Sequence record: PX907401.1
Reading direction: 5' to 3' (one strand)
Source: a phage
Length of the DNA: 44,007 nt
Shown here: one piece after another, positions 1 through 7,745 of the stretch
How the letters are laid out: each line of letters begins with the position of its first letter
How positions within the stretch are numbered: the first letter of the stretch is position 1
The notes under the pieces: model-generated
The model's input: the letters and a program-made list of their open reading frames with translations, nothing else
What the model was told of the DNA's origin: nothing
The model's database searches: none
Program-made: the position numbers and the translations under genes

Positions 1-70
1 ATTACGGCATCGTTGCCGTGTCCAATGCCTTTTTTCGACAGGCGGGCTTTCCGCATATAAACATTGCGTA
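1..70. repeat. Terminal direct repeat, identical to 43938-44007 (circular closure overlap or terminal redundancy)
   Basis: 70/70 identity between the two window ends, read directly from the sequence. Confidence 0.9.
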
Positions 71-168
71 GGGCAATACCGTATTTCTTCGCAATATCTT
101 TAACCGTAGTCCCTGCCTGAATTTCTGCGATCAATTGCTCATCGGTAATTTTAGTTTGCGGGTGCATA
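1..168 (-). CDS. N-terminal segment (HTH-like) of the wrap-around metallophosphoesterase gene; continues at 42962-44007 on the circular map
   Basis: ATG at 168 in frame with the M at 43993 (= position 56); translation MHPQTKITDEQLIAEIQAGTTVKDIAKKYGIALRNVYMRKARL...; AGGA about 10 nt upstream. Confidence 0.5.
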
Positions 169-188
169 TTTAATTAATTCCTGATTAG

Positions 189-214
189 TGGACCGTGGAC
201 AATATACCACGGTC
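189..214. promoter_or_regulatory. Perfect 9-bp inverted repeat GGACCGTGG-N8-CCACGGTCC (candidate operator or hairpin) upstream of the phosphoesterase gene
   Basis: Palindrome arms read directly; spacer acaatata. Confidence 0.3.
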
Positions 215-296
215 CGTATGGCGGCGGGCGATATCAATTCGCAAATATCTTTACGTGCCATCTTGATTACTCCTCCAGTTGATTGGTTGCGAGTCA

Positions 297-326
297 AGCA
301 ATAAAAAGCCCGGAATTAACCGGGCT
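297..326 (-). terminator. Rho-independent terminator closing the minus-strand lysis operon
   Basis: Minus-strand hairpin AGCCCGG-TTAATT-CCGGGCT followed by TTTTATTGCT, 8 nt after the stop of ORF 334-507. Confidence 0.6.
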
Positions 327-333
327 TGATTGT

Positions 334-507
334 TTACGTCACTGGGTCAGATTCCTCCTGCGGTGGTGGTGGTGGGCTTGGCAGCTTCGCATCGAAGACC
401 CCGGCGTGGTTGATAGAGTCCGCGATGATAGCGCGTGCGCCTGGGTCTTCGGTTTTAGCCAGTGCGGCAAGCGCGTCCGCATTATGATCAAGAATGCTTT
501 TTAACAT
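334..507 (-). CDS. Small hypothetical protein (57 aa), not in the ORF track
   Basis: ATG at 507 preceded by GAGG at about 8 nt; MLKSILDHNADALAALAKTEDPGARAIIADSINHAGVFDAKLPSPPPPQEESDPVT; lies between endolysin and terminator. Confidence 0.35.
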   Translation of the reverse strand: MLKSILDHNADALAALAKTEDPGARAIIADSINHAGVFDAKLPSPPPPPQEESDPVT

Positions 508-523
508 ACTGTGTTACCTCGTA

Positions 524-1015
524 TTATGCTGCGTTACGTCCGATCTTCTCGGCAACGTCCCACTGCTTACCATCGAATAGTGCCTGCCTGCCGATTGCAC
601 GACGGACAAGCCCCTTGAGCACTACCCCACCTTGCTTGCGGAATTGTGGCAGTGTTGCTCGCACCTTCGCCCAGTCACCCAGGCGGATCGCATCGTCGAA
701 GTCACCGGCGACGTCGTCCGGCATGATCGGACCAGGACCGGCATTGATAACCAGGTCCACCAGCGCGTCGAATTGCGCCTGGTTAATGCTCGGATGTGCG
801 TATTTGTTCACCCGGTCCTCAGCATACGCCACATCGCGCTTAAGTAGCTCCAGCGCTTCCGCGCGGGTAATGCTTCGAGGCGGGTTAGTGCCGGTGTGAC
901 CATAACCCCAGGTGTACAGGCCGCGGGCCTGCTCTTTCTTGGTCGCGAAATACGGCACCGGGCTGAACGCCTCCCATGCTGCCGTAAATCGGAGACCGTT
1001 ATCACTGAATCGCAT
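524..1015 (-). CDS. Endolysin, phage lysozyme (glycoside hydrolase family 24-like)
   Basis: 163 aa; GLYTWGYGHTG motif typical of T4/lambda-type lysozymes; directly downstream of two holin-like genes. Confidence 0.8.
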   Translation of the reverse strand: MRFSDNGLRFTAAWEAFSPVPYFATKKEQARGLYTWGYGHTGTNPPRSITRAEALELLKRDVAYAEDRVNKYAHPSINQAQFDALVDLVINAGPGPIMPDDVAGDFDDAIRLGDWAKVRATLPQFRKQGGVVLKGLVRRAIGRQALFDGKQWDVAEKIGRNAA

Positions 1016-1247
1016 GTTTTACCCCATTCAAAACAGCATTACGCAGTGTGCGCAATGCAAACAGCCATATTAACGCGGTCCAGGTGGTATCAGATACGTC
1101 TCCTGTTTGCAACAATCCGATAATACAGACCATTGCCGTTAACAGATACAGCACCCGACCGAAAATGCCATCCTGTACGGACGGCGCATACACGTTAAAC
1201 AGGGACGAAGCCCCGATGATAACAAACAACAGGACGGAGATAATCAT
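1002..1247 (-). CDS. Small membrane protein, second holin or antiholin candidate
   Basis: 81 aa, two or three hydrophobic helices (LLFVIIGASSLF, VLYLLTAMVCIIGLL, ALIWLFAL); overlaps neighbours by a few codons. Confidence 0.55.
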   Translation of the reverse strand: MIISVLLFVIIGASSLFNVYAPSVQDGIFGRVLYLLTAMVCIIGLLQTGDVSDTTWTALIWLFALRTLRNAVLNGVKHAIQ

Positions 1248-1534
1248 TTTGCACCCCCCGGAAGTCGGAACGACGCAATAGTCTCCCTGATCCGGTCGGC
1301 GATTGGCATCCAGAAGATCGCAGTTACGAAGCCCAAACCGGCGACAGTGCGCTCACCCGACAAACCAGCCCACTCAGCGATAGCCGGTGCGCCAAATATG
1401 GCACACAGGAAGCCAACTACAACATACAAAACGAAGTTTAGCGGCCCCTTCGTAGCATCGCCATGAATGCGTGCGCCTACGAAGCCACCCGCCAGACATG
1501 CCAGGGCGAATAGCCACTCGTTTAGCTTATTCAT
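1244..1534 (-). CDS. Holin-like protein (three predicted TM segments)
   Basis: 96 aa; hydrophobic stretches WLFALACLAGGFVGA, FVLYVVVGFLCAIFGAPAIA, GLGFVTAIFWMPIA; adjacent to endolysin. Confidence 0.6.
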   Translation of the reverse strand: MNKLNEWLFALACLAGGFVGARIHGDATKGPLNFVLYVVVGFLCAIFGAPAIAEWAGLSGERTVAGLGFVTAIFWMPIADRIRETIASFRLPGGAK

Positions 1535-1586
1535 AAAAAAGTCCCAGTAAGTTTTAGCTCACTGGGACTATATCACGCTTGCATAA

Positions 1587-1874
1587 TTAATCGAAAACGG
1601 ACCACTTGCCGACGCCTTTCCACTCCCACCCTTCCGATCGGACGGCCTCGAACATCCTGCCCCCTATCATATCCCGATACCATAGCAACCATATCCGAAG
1701 CCTGGTCGGGTGCTCCGTGATTCCACGGCGCTTGTATATCTGGAACGTCATGCGGGTAATGCTGGCGGCCTCCACCGCGGGCCAAATCAGGAACACCCAT
1801 ACCAACAGCGCCAGCACCGTGGCAAAGAGTGTCGCGCACCCCAATCCAAACCAATATATCAAATCGTGTAGCAT
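1587..1874 (-). CDS. Hypothetical membrane protein
   Basis: 95 aa with N-terminal hydrophobic helices; preferred over the overlapping 1573-1959 frame, whose translation is R/G-rich and unprotein-like. Confidence 0.45.
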   Translation of the reverse strand: MLHDLIYWFGLGCATLFATVLALLVWVFLIWPAVEAASITRMTFQIYKRRGITEHPTRLRIWLLWYRDMIGGRMFEAVRSEGWEWKGVGKWSVFD

Positions 1875-1995
1875 CGTATTGCCCCCTCTGGTTTGCCAAT
1901 ATGGCGCGCCCAGGCACGCGCCACGAAGTAATTGCGAAACACCCGACCGCCAATCTCAAAGCGGTTATGCATTAGCACATCACGAATCACGGCGC

Positions 1996-2538
1996 TCATT
2001 TCAGAATGACCCCGCGCGGATCGGTAGACTTCATGCTGCCGTCGGGGTAGACCAGAAGAACACCAATCCCAAATCGTTTGGCATCGTTGCCAGCCTGTGC
2101 TCTGGCGTTGTCGATATGCTGGCGCACCTTGTTCTCGTCGTATTTGGTATAGGCTGGCTGCGACTTGCGGAACTCAACTCGATCATGAGGCTGGCGGTTG
2201 CGCAGGCAGTATTTGCGACCCACGCGCTCGTAGTGGATTAGCCCGAAGTACGTCATACTCCTAATCATGTTGCCCGATACGCCACCCATGCGTGTCTGTA
2301 TACGAAGGTTATTAAATCCCGCACACTCCACGACCCACAATTGCCCATCGCGAATATCCCGCGGCACATCTCCGCTCGCGATATCATGTGTGAGTACGTC
2401 AAAGTTTGCCGGTAGGTTGGCCGTATCTGCCAGGCACTCAAGGCCGCTGTGTACATGGCGCAAGCGCACGCATGTAGCAAGGGTCTGGGTCGGCCTCATG
2501 AGGTAGCCATCGGCTTTACGGCGGAATAGTAATTTCAT
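1996..2538 (-). CDS. Hypothetical protein (180 aa)
   Basis: ORF with GAGGAG 8 nt upstream of the ATG at 2538. Confidence 0.6.
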   Translation of the reverse strand: MKLLFRRKADGYLMRPTQTLATCVRLRHVHSGLECLADTANLPANFDVLTHDIASGDVPRDIRDGQLWVVECAGFNNLRIQTRMGGVSGNMIRSMTYFGLIHYERVGRKYCLRNRQPHDRVEFRKSQPAYTKYDENKVRQHIDNARAQAGNDAKRFGIGVLLVYPDGSMKSTDPRGVILK

Positions 2539-2645
2539 AGTTCAGTCTCCTCGATAGTCTTCGTGTCGCCATCGCACACCGTAGCGATGCCGTTTTGTTC
2601 GGCACATATGCAGGTAGATATACTCCTGCGAGAATCCGCCTATCA

Positions 2646-2915
2646 TCATCTGCTCAGTCTCCAGTGTTTGCCTACCCGCTCAATGGCGGGCTTCCGGCGT
2701 AATGTAATACGGATCCCCATTGGTTGCAAGGAAGTCCGCACCCTGAAATCGTGTTGTGCTGCGAACTGGTGCAGGTAGCGAGTCTGCGTCAACGGCTTAA
2801 CGTCATCGCGATAACACCAGAATACAGAATCCCCCGCATTCGCATTCTCAGCCCATATTCGTATGCAATGCAGGGGGATATGCCACGAAAGCTGTTTTGC
2901 TCGTCTACGGCCCAT
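2646..2915 (-). CDS. Hypothetical protein (89 aa)
   Basis: ORF packed 10 nt after the upstream gene; no recognisable motif. Confidence 0.4.
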   Translation of the reverse strand: MGRRRAKQLSWHIPLHCIRIWAENANAGDSVFWCYRDDVKPLTQTRYLHQFAAQHDFRVRTSLQPMGIRITLRRKPAIERVGKHWRLSR

Positions 2916-2924
2916 TTTGGCCCC

Positions 2925-3251
2925 TTATTTCGCAAGCTGGGCGAATAGTTCGCGCTGGGCTTTAATCCGGGCGACGTTTGTCACTGCCGTCTCGCCGATA
3001 CCGAAGCGATACGCCAGGCGCTCACGGGCAAATGCGAGCGCGTAGTCCTGGATAGCGTTTGCGAGTGGCTGGATCTCCGCCATCGTGTCGAATCGGTCCT
3101 CCAGCATACAGGCGATGGCCTGCTGCGTGACGCGGACAACGGACCACGCTGCCGATAGTCTTTCGACCGCTTCCGCTCCTTCACTGGCGAACTCCGCCGC
3201 TTCTTGCGCCGCCGCCATAGCCATTGCGTAATTCCAGATTAATGCTCTCAT
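2925..3251 (-). CDS. Hypothetical alpha-helical protein (108 aa), first gene of the minus-strand operon
   Basis: ATG at 3251 with GAGGA upstream; promoter-like element just upstream. Confidence 0.55.
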   Translation of the reverse strand: MRALIWNYAMAMAAAQEAAEFASEGAEAVERLSAAWSVVRVTQQAIACMLEDRFDTMAEIQPLANAIQDYALAFARERLAYRFGIGETAVTNVARIKAQRELFAQLAK

Positions 3252-3279
3252 CGTTCAGTCCTCATGTTGGTGTGCGACC

Positions 3280-3308
3280 AATATAGCCGGGTGCTGGGCT
3301 GAATGCAA
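3280..3308 (-). promoter_or_regulatory. Sigma70-like promoter on the minus strand (-35 TTGCAT, 17-bp spacer, -10 TATATT) carrying the ATTGGTTGCAT motif
   Basis: Minus-strand reading ATTGGTTGCATtcagcccagcacccggcTATATT; about 25 nt upstream of the ATG at 3251. Confidence 0.5.
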
Positions 3309-3449
3309 CCAATATTAATCACGCGCATGAAAAAGTTGATCGCTATCAGCTGTGACTGCATTTTTCACTACGCATAATGCATTGGTTGCCGAGTTCATCC
3401 GCGACCGCACTTCGCATCATGCTGCCGTGTATTTTGCGATCCACGGATT

Positions 3450-3623
3450 TTATTCAGTCTCAGACGAGGGGGGCCGTTGACCCCCGTCTAGTCTGAAAGA
3501 CTGGGGTTTGTCCCGCCTGTCCCGCTCCTCTGGAAGCCGCGCCATCCGGGGCGGGACGGGGGTGCTGTCCCGCTTTGTCCCGCCCCTTGTTTGTCCCGCT
3601 TTCTGTCCCGCTTACTTTATGCA
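3450..3623. repeat. Dispersed repeat element, copy A (about 174 bp; second copy at 31279-31452)
   Basis: Near-identical 5' 75 bp and 3' 48 bp shared with copy B; contains six direct TGTCCCGC heptamers plus one inverted, and hairpin-capable segments. Confidence 0.85.
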
Positions 3624-3696
3624 GTTTTATTGCATAACTATTCATTACAGCTACACGACACGGCAACCAATACGACCAGTTAAAAACGCCCAAAAT

Positions 3697-3836
3697 GGCA
3701 ACCAATGCGCGCAAAATTTAACCTTTTAGCGATATGGGAATTCCCATATCGGCAACCAATGCGCGCAAAATTTAACCTTTTAGCGATATGGGAATTCCCA
3801 TATTGGCAACCAATGCGCGCAAAATTTAATCTTTTA
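3697..3836. repeat. Tandem direct repeat, 54-bp unit x about 2.6, each unit with a perfect 18-bp palindrome ATATGGGAATTCCCATAT and a GCAACCAAT motif
   Basis: Units at 3697-3750, 3751-3804 and partial 3805-3836; palindromes at 3732-3749 and 3786-3803; overlaps the primase stop codon (3826-3828). Confidence 0.9.
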
Positions 3837-6090
3837 AATCATCATCGGTCGCTGAAAGCGTGATGGGTATGTTCGTTTTGATGACGATATTAGACGACCC
3901 ATAGATGGCCCCGGTGTGTGGGTCTGTGTAAAACCCAAGCACGCCGCGCTCGACCATATCGTCTATTGCCTTCGTCGATGTGCCACCTTTTGCCAATCCC
4001 GCCTGGCGGACGATTGCCGATTTACTGAATCCGGTATGGTCCGGGTTATCTTCCATCAGTTTTTCCAGTGCCGCATAAAGCACTTTCTCTTTTTCGTTGC
4101 GCGGTCCGGCGGCATTCTCTTCCTTAACTGCGGCTTTGCCAGCGGCCTTTGCTTGCTCAATGGCGAACGGTGCCAGGGCGACCGGTACGAGATAAAGAGT
4201 CTCGTCGCGTGGCGTGGATGCAATTGGCTTGACGTCCCAACCGGCAACCACGTCGCCGAAGTCAGGCCCGGTGCTGGTGGACTGGTGTGATTCGAACGCT
4301 TCGGACTTGCGGAGATCCACCTTAACCTTGCACTTGAGCAGGACGAAGCCGCGCGGCGCTTGCTTGATGCCGTTACGTGCCTTTTCGTGATACAGGTTCA
4401 ATTGGCCCGGCTGATTGTCGTCCGGTTGCTCCAGGAAGAACGCAGAATCGACAGCGCCATGCAGCGCGCCGGACCCACGGGGAGATCTGCTGCCGTTTGC
4501 ACCCTTCGCCGGGTGGTGGATGACGCCCGCACTGCCGCCTGTATTTTCCGCAATGGCCTTCAGCGCTTTGACCACTTCACCCATATCGCTGGCGTTGTTC
4601 TCGTCGAACGGTTTTGCATTGGCGGACCGCAGCGCAACAGTCTGGTTGAGTGAGTCGAACGCCACCAGGCCAACCGGTTCGCCGTTAGCGGTGCGGTTGA
4701 TGAAGCTGATAACTTCGCGCAAGCCGGACTTGTTGGTGATATCCCAGCCGCGTGACTGCAGATCGATAATGTGCAGCTTGTCGAGGTCGTGCTCATATTT
4801 AATCTGCAATGCTTCTTTGCGCTGGTTAGAGGCTTCACCACCTTCCGCATCGAAATAGAAGCAATGAGACTGGACGACCTTCGCACCGCCGAACGGAATA
4901 CCGGCGGCAACCGCGCCCATCTGCCCCAGCACATAGAAAGACTTACCAATGTTCGACTCGCCCGCCATATACCAGGTCGATTTGAAGTTAATCAACCCCT
5001 CGATAATCGGGTCGTGCTTACTGAACAGCGCAACCGGCTCGTTATCCAGATCCGCATCAGTACACACGCCGTACTCGTCGCCGTCTCCGACCGCATCAAC
5101 GATATGTTCATAGCACGATTCCACTTCCTCATCGTCCAGTCCCGGAAGGATGGCGGCGATTTGCTTACGTGACATGTTGTGCGGCTCGACGTTCAGGTGG
5201 TCCGGGATCCCGATAAGACGTAGCGCCAGGTGCTGGTGTCTGTTCAGTTCCGAGCAACACTCGTTGCCGGTGTGCATACACTTGAAACGGATCTCGCCAT
5301 CCTTAACCATGATAGCGGTTGACCCTTCGCCACTATGCAGATGTTCGTTCGGGCATGGCACTTCATAACCCCGACCGGACGACAGCGGTTCGAATCCTGC
5401 CTGGAAGCACCAGTCCAGAATGCCGTCCGCCACGCCGTCATCGCCCTGGGTTAGTTCGCGGCGTACTTTCTCTTTTTCCACTCCCAGCTTATCAGCCAGG
5501 CGAAGCAGACGACGGACGCGGGCACGCTTGCCGTAGTGGCACTTAATAACGGACTGCTGGTGTGGCAGGTACATCAGGCGGTTTGTATCTTTCGTGCAAT
5601 CGTCGAAGTCCACATCTGACAGACCCAGTTGGTGTAATAGTGCATACTGGACGCGGCCCAGGTCTTCAGCCGGTACAGGCTTGTCAGTGAGCACCAGGAA
5701 ACGGGCGCAACGCGTGCCGCCCTTCAGCGGGTGGCGGTCGCCGGTGGTGGTGTGAAATACGTGTTCCAGACCCGAGTCGATGAACGCCTTACGGCAGCGG
5801 CGCAGGGTGCGGGTGTCGGTGCGGTCAATATCAAAGAACAGGATCGAGCGGTCCACCGCACTGGTCTTACGACGCAATCCGTCACTGGTATACGCCACGA
5901 TGCCATCGGCCTTACGCTTGCGGCGCGCATACTCGGCTTTATCTTCCGTCTTGTTGATATGCACCGAGGAGATTTCTTTCGCATCTTTGATAAATTCGAA
6001 AAACTCATCGGTCGTCATCTGGAAGTTTTCCGCCCTGGCTTTTTCGCCTTTTTTAGCGGGTTTTGTTACAGCGAATTTAATCAAGCTCAT
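3826..6090 (-). CDS. Bifunctional DNA primase/helicase (primase-like N-terminal domain, P-loop ATPase C-terminal domain)
   Basis: 754 aa; FFDIDRTD acidic motif in the N-terminal domain; Walker A GESNIGKS and Walker B-like VAFDSL in the C-terminal domain. Confidence 0.8.
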   Translation of the reverse strand: MSLIKFAVTKPAKKGEKARAENFQMTTDEFFEFIKDAKEISSVHINKTEDKAEYARRKRKADGIVAYTSDGLRRKTSAVDRSILFFDIDRTDTRTLRRCRKAFIDSGLEHVFHTTTGDRHPLKGGTRCARFLVLTDKPVPAEDLGRVQYALLHQLGLSDVDFDDCTKDTNRLMYLPHQQSVIKCHYGKRARVRRLLRLADKLGVEKEKVRRELTQGDDGVADGILDWCFQAGFEPLSSGRGYEVPCPNEHLHSGEGSTAIMVKDGEIRFKCMHTGNECCSELNRHQHLALRLIGIPDHLNVEPHNMSRKQIAAILPGLDDEEVESCYEHIVDAVGDGDEYGVCTDADLDNEPVALFSKHDPIIEGLINFKSTWYMAGESNIGKSFYVLGQMGAVAAGIPFGGAKVVQSHCFYFDAEGGEASNQRKEALQIKYEHDLDKLHIIDLQSRGWDITNKSGLREVISFINRTANGEPVGLVAFDSLNQTVALRSANAKPFDENNASDMGEVVKALKAIAENTGGSAGVIHHPAKGANGSRSPRGSGALHGAVDSAFFLEQPDDNQPGQLNLYHEKARNGIKQAPRGFVLLKCKVKVDLRKSEAFESHQSTSTGPDFGDVVAGWDVKPIASTPRDETLYLVPVALAPFAIEQAKAAGKAAVKEENAAGPRNEKEKVLYAALEKLMEDNPDHTGFSKSAIVRQAGLAKGGTSTKAIDDMVERGVLGFYTDPHTGAIYGSSNIVIKTNIPITLSATDDDLKD

Positions 6091-6100
6091 TGTCGTGGCC

Positions 6101-6430
6101 TTACTTAGAAGTTTTATTATTGCGTACCCAGGAGCGCACTGTGCTCTGATTAATTCCGGTCAACTCGGCAATCATCGCCCAAGATTTGCCCTCGGCGCGC
6201 AAACGGATAACCTGCTTTTTGTATTCTTCCATTTCTTCATTGTGTTTTTGCAGCTTGCTTGCTGCTGTACCGTTGAGCAATTCCAGCCTGGAGCGTAATT
6301 CTTTTTCGACACTGCGCAGTCGTTCGATTTCAAATAACACCACCCCCACGGCATCGGTATAAGCCCATGACCGGCTTGTCTCACTGCAAACAGTCTTCGT
6401 TAACATTTCGATTGCGTCGTTTACATTCAT
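6101..6430 (-). CDS. Small DNA-binding protein with C-terminal helix-turn-helix (putative transcriptional regulator)
   Basis: 109 aa; coiled-coil-like N-terminus; C-terminal KSWAMIAELTGINQSTVRSWVRN resembles an HTH; GAGGG 8 nt upstream of the ATG. Confidence 0.6.
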   Translation of the reverse strand: MNVNDAIEMLTKTVCSETSRSWAYTDAVGVVLFEIERLRSVEKELRSRLELLNGTAASKLQKHNEEMEEYKKQVIRLRAEGKSWAMIAELTGINQSTVRSWVRNNKTSK

Positions 6431-6560
6431 TGCTCTGCCCTCAGTTGGTTAATGACCAACGAAACTACACCCAAAACTGCACGGTGTCAAATCCTTTTGA
6501 TATTGAAACGGGCGCGCACGCGTGTAATAATAATTCTCGTCTCATTGTCTCTTATTGGTT

Positions 6561-6593
6561 AGCGCCGTCGCATTTTGCCTCGGCGCTTTTTTT
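6561..6593 (+). terminator. Terminator-like hairpin plus T-run immediately upstream of the early promoter
   Basis: AGCGCCG-loop-CGGCGCT followed by TTTTTTTG. Confidence 0.4.
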
Positions 6594-6604
6594 GAAATTA
6601 GTTG

Positions 6605-6634
6605 TTGACACCCATCCTGCAACCAATCTATCAT
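6605..6634 (+). promoter_or_regulatory. Early promoter, sigma70-like (-35 TTGACA, 18-bp spacer, -10 TATCAT)
   Basis: Perfect TTGACA at 6605-6610; GCAACCAAT motif lies within the spacer; about 60 nt upstream of the first plus-strand gene; a second perfect TTGACA on the minus strand at 6485-6490 faces the HTH gene. Confidence 0.55.
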
Positions 6635-6694
6635 TCACTCCGTAGACAGGGCATACCGCCCTGACACCTAAACTTAACCAATCGGAGATACACC

Positions 6695-7126
6695 ATGTTT
6701 GAACAAATCGTAAACCTGATTACTCGCGGCGTAGTAGCGCTGGAAACCATCGCTAAGTATTATGAAACCGTTGGCGCTGCCGTTGGTAAGCAGGAAGACA
6801 AGAAGCCGTCTAAGGCCAAAAAAGAAGTCGTAGAAGATGACGACGATGAAGAAGCCGAAGACGAAAAACCGGCTAAAGCTAAAAAAGCACCGGCGAAAGG
6901 CAAAGGGAAGAAAGATGCCGATCCGCTGGCAGAGATGCGCGACGAGATCAAGCAGTACGCCGCGATTATCGCCGGTGGCGATGACGACGATGCTAACGAC
7001 GAATTTGACGACCTGCTGGAAGCGTTCGAGATCAAATCAATCGCTAAGCTGGAAGACGACGACGTCGAAGACTTCCACAAAGATTTAAAAGAAATCGTCG
7101 AGACTTATTTCGAACTGGAAGACTAA
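6695..7126 (+). CDS. Highly acidic early protein (143 aa) with lysine-rich insert; DNA-mimic or anti-restriction candidate
   Basis: GGAGA RBS 6 nt upstream; runs of D/E (EDDDDEEAEDE, GGDDDDANDEFDD, EDDDVEDF) flanking KAKKAPAKGKGKK. Confidence 0.75.
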   Translation: MFEQIVNLITRGVVALETIAKYYETVGAAVGKQEDKKPSKAKKEVVEDDDDEEAEDEKPAKAKKAPAKGKGKKDADPLAEMRDEIKQYAAIIAGGDDDDANDEFDDLLEAFEIKSIAKLEDDDVEDFHKDLKEIVETYFELED

Positions 7127-7130
7127 TATC

Positions 7131-7256
7131 ATGGACTATGAAATGAGAATCATGCTCGATTTCATAGCAGAAAATTGGGCGGCATTCACCGCCTTCTGCG
7201 AAGAAAGAGGCGACGACCCGGACGAGGTTTATAAACAACTCGGCGGTGAAGATTAA
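7131..7256 (+). CDS. Small hypothetical protein (41 aa), not in the ORF track
   Basis: ATG at 7131, MDYEMRIMLDFIAENWAAFTAFCEERGDDPDEVYKQLGGED; followed by a terminator. Confidence 0.35.
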   Translation: MDYEMRIMLDFIAENWAAFTAFCEERGDDPDEVYKQLGGED

Positions 7257-7264
7257 TATTATCC

Positions 7265-7291
7265 GGCCCGCATATTAGCGGGCCTCTTTTT
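7265..7291 (+). terminator. Rho-independent terminator
   Basis: GGCCCGC-ATATTA-GCGGGCC followed by TCTTTTT. Confidence 0.65.
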
Positions 7292-7304
7292 AGAGGACGA
7301 GACA

Positions 7305-7556
7305 ATGGCACGATTCACGCTAATCGAGGCGGTGGATTCCCGCGACCAGCGCCCGTACTATTGGCTATTCGAACGCATCGGCAGCTTTCAATCCCGCGTT
7401 GCCGTAATAGATAAACGCCGTAACACGCCCGCGCAAATTAAGCGCACCACCTTTACTAACCCCGACTTTTATATTTGGGCGGACTCCAATCTGGAATATG
7501 TTCGCTTTGCGGTTGCATCCGAAGCAAGAACGATTGACCGCTGGGAGACGAAATAA
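7305..7556 (+). CDS. Hypothetical protein (83 aa)
   Basis: ORF with purine-rich stretch upstream. Confidence 0.55.
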   Translation: MARFTLIEAVDSRDQRPYYWLFERIGSFQSRVAVIDKRRNTPAQIKRTTFTNPDFYIWADSNLEYVRFAVASEARTIDRWETK

Positions 7557-7745
7557 ATGGCTATATTCTTTGTTTTATTTCGTTGCCGTATCACCGGCGA
7601 CGAGCAACCGGAAATTGTTATGAATCAAAACTGGAATTGCTGCTGGATGCAAGCCCGAGGACTGGCGGCTACCAAGAACAATGCCGCTAAGCGGGCCAAT
7701 GTTGAACACGATTATTACATTGCTCAGTTTACAAGGGTGGAATAA
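7557..7745 (+). CDS. Hypothetical protein (62 aa)
   Basis: Start overlaps the upstream stop (TAAATGG); tightly packed operon. Confidence 0.4.
   Translation: MAIFFVLFRCRITGDEQPEIVMNQNWNCCWMQARGLAATKNNAAKRANVEHDYYIAQFTRVE

Noticed and set aside
283-504. Plus-strand 73-aa ORF antisense to the lysis-operon end
   Set aside because: No RBS, W/R-rich translation, and it overlaps a better-supported minus-strand small ORF and terminator.
1573-1959. 128-aa ORF overlapping 1587-1874 in another frame
   Set aside because: The translation is Arg/Gly-rich and unprotein-like; the alternative frame gives a plausible membrane protein.
3460-3714. Minus-strand ORFs inside both dispersed-repeat copies (3460-3714 and 31289-31474) that share the peptide GTESGTN(K/R)GRDKAGQHP...PVFQTRRGSTAPLV
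   Set aside because: The shared peptide is simply the translation of the GTCCCGC heptamer arrays; no RBS, and they lie in intergenic gaps. A duplicated small gene is not fully excluded because the substituted core keeps the frame open in both copies.
3697-3836. CRISPR array
   Set aside because: The repeats are contiguous 54-bp units without unique spacers; no cas genes.
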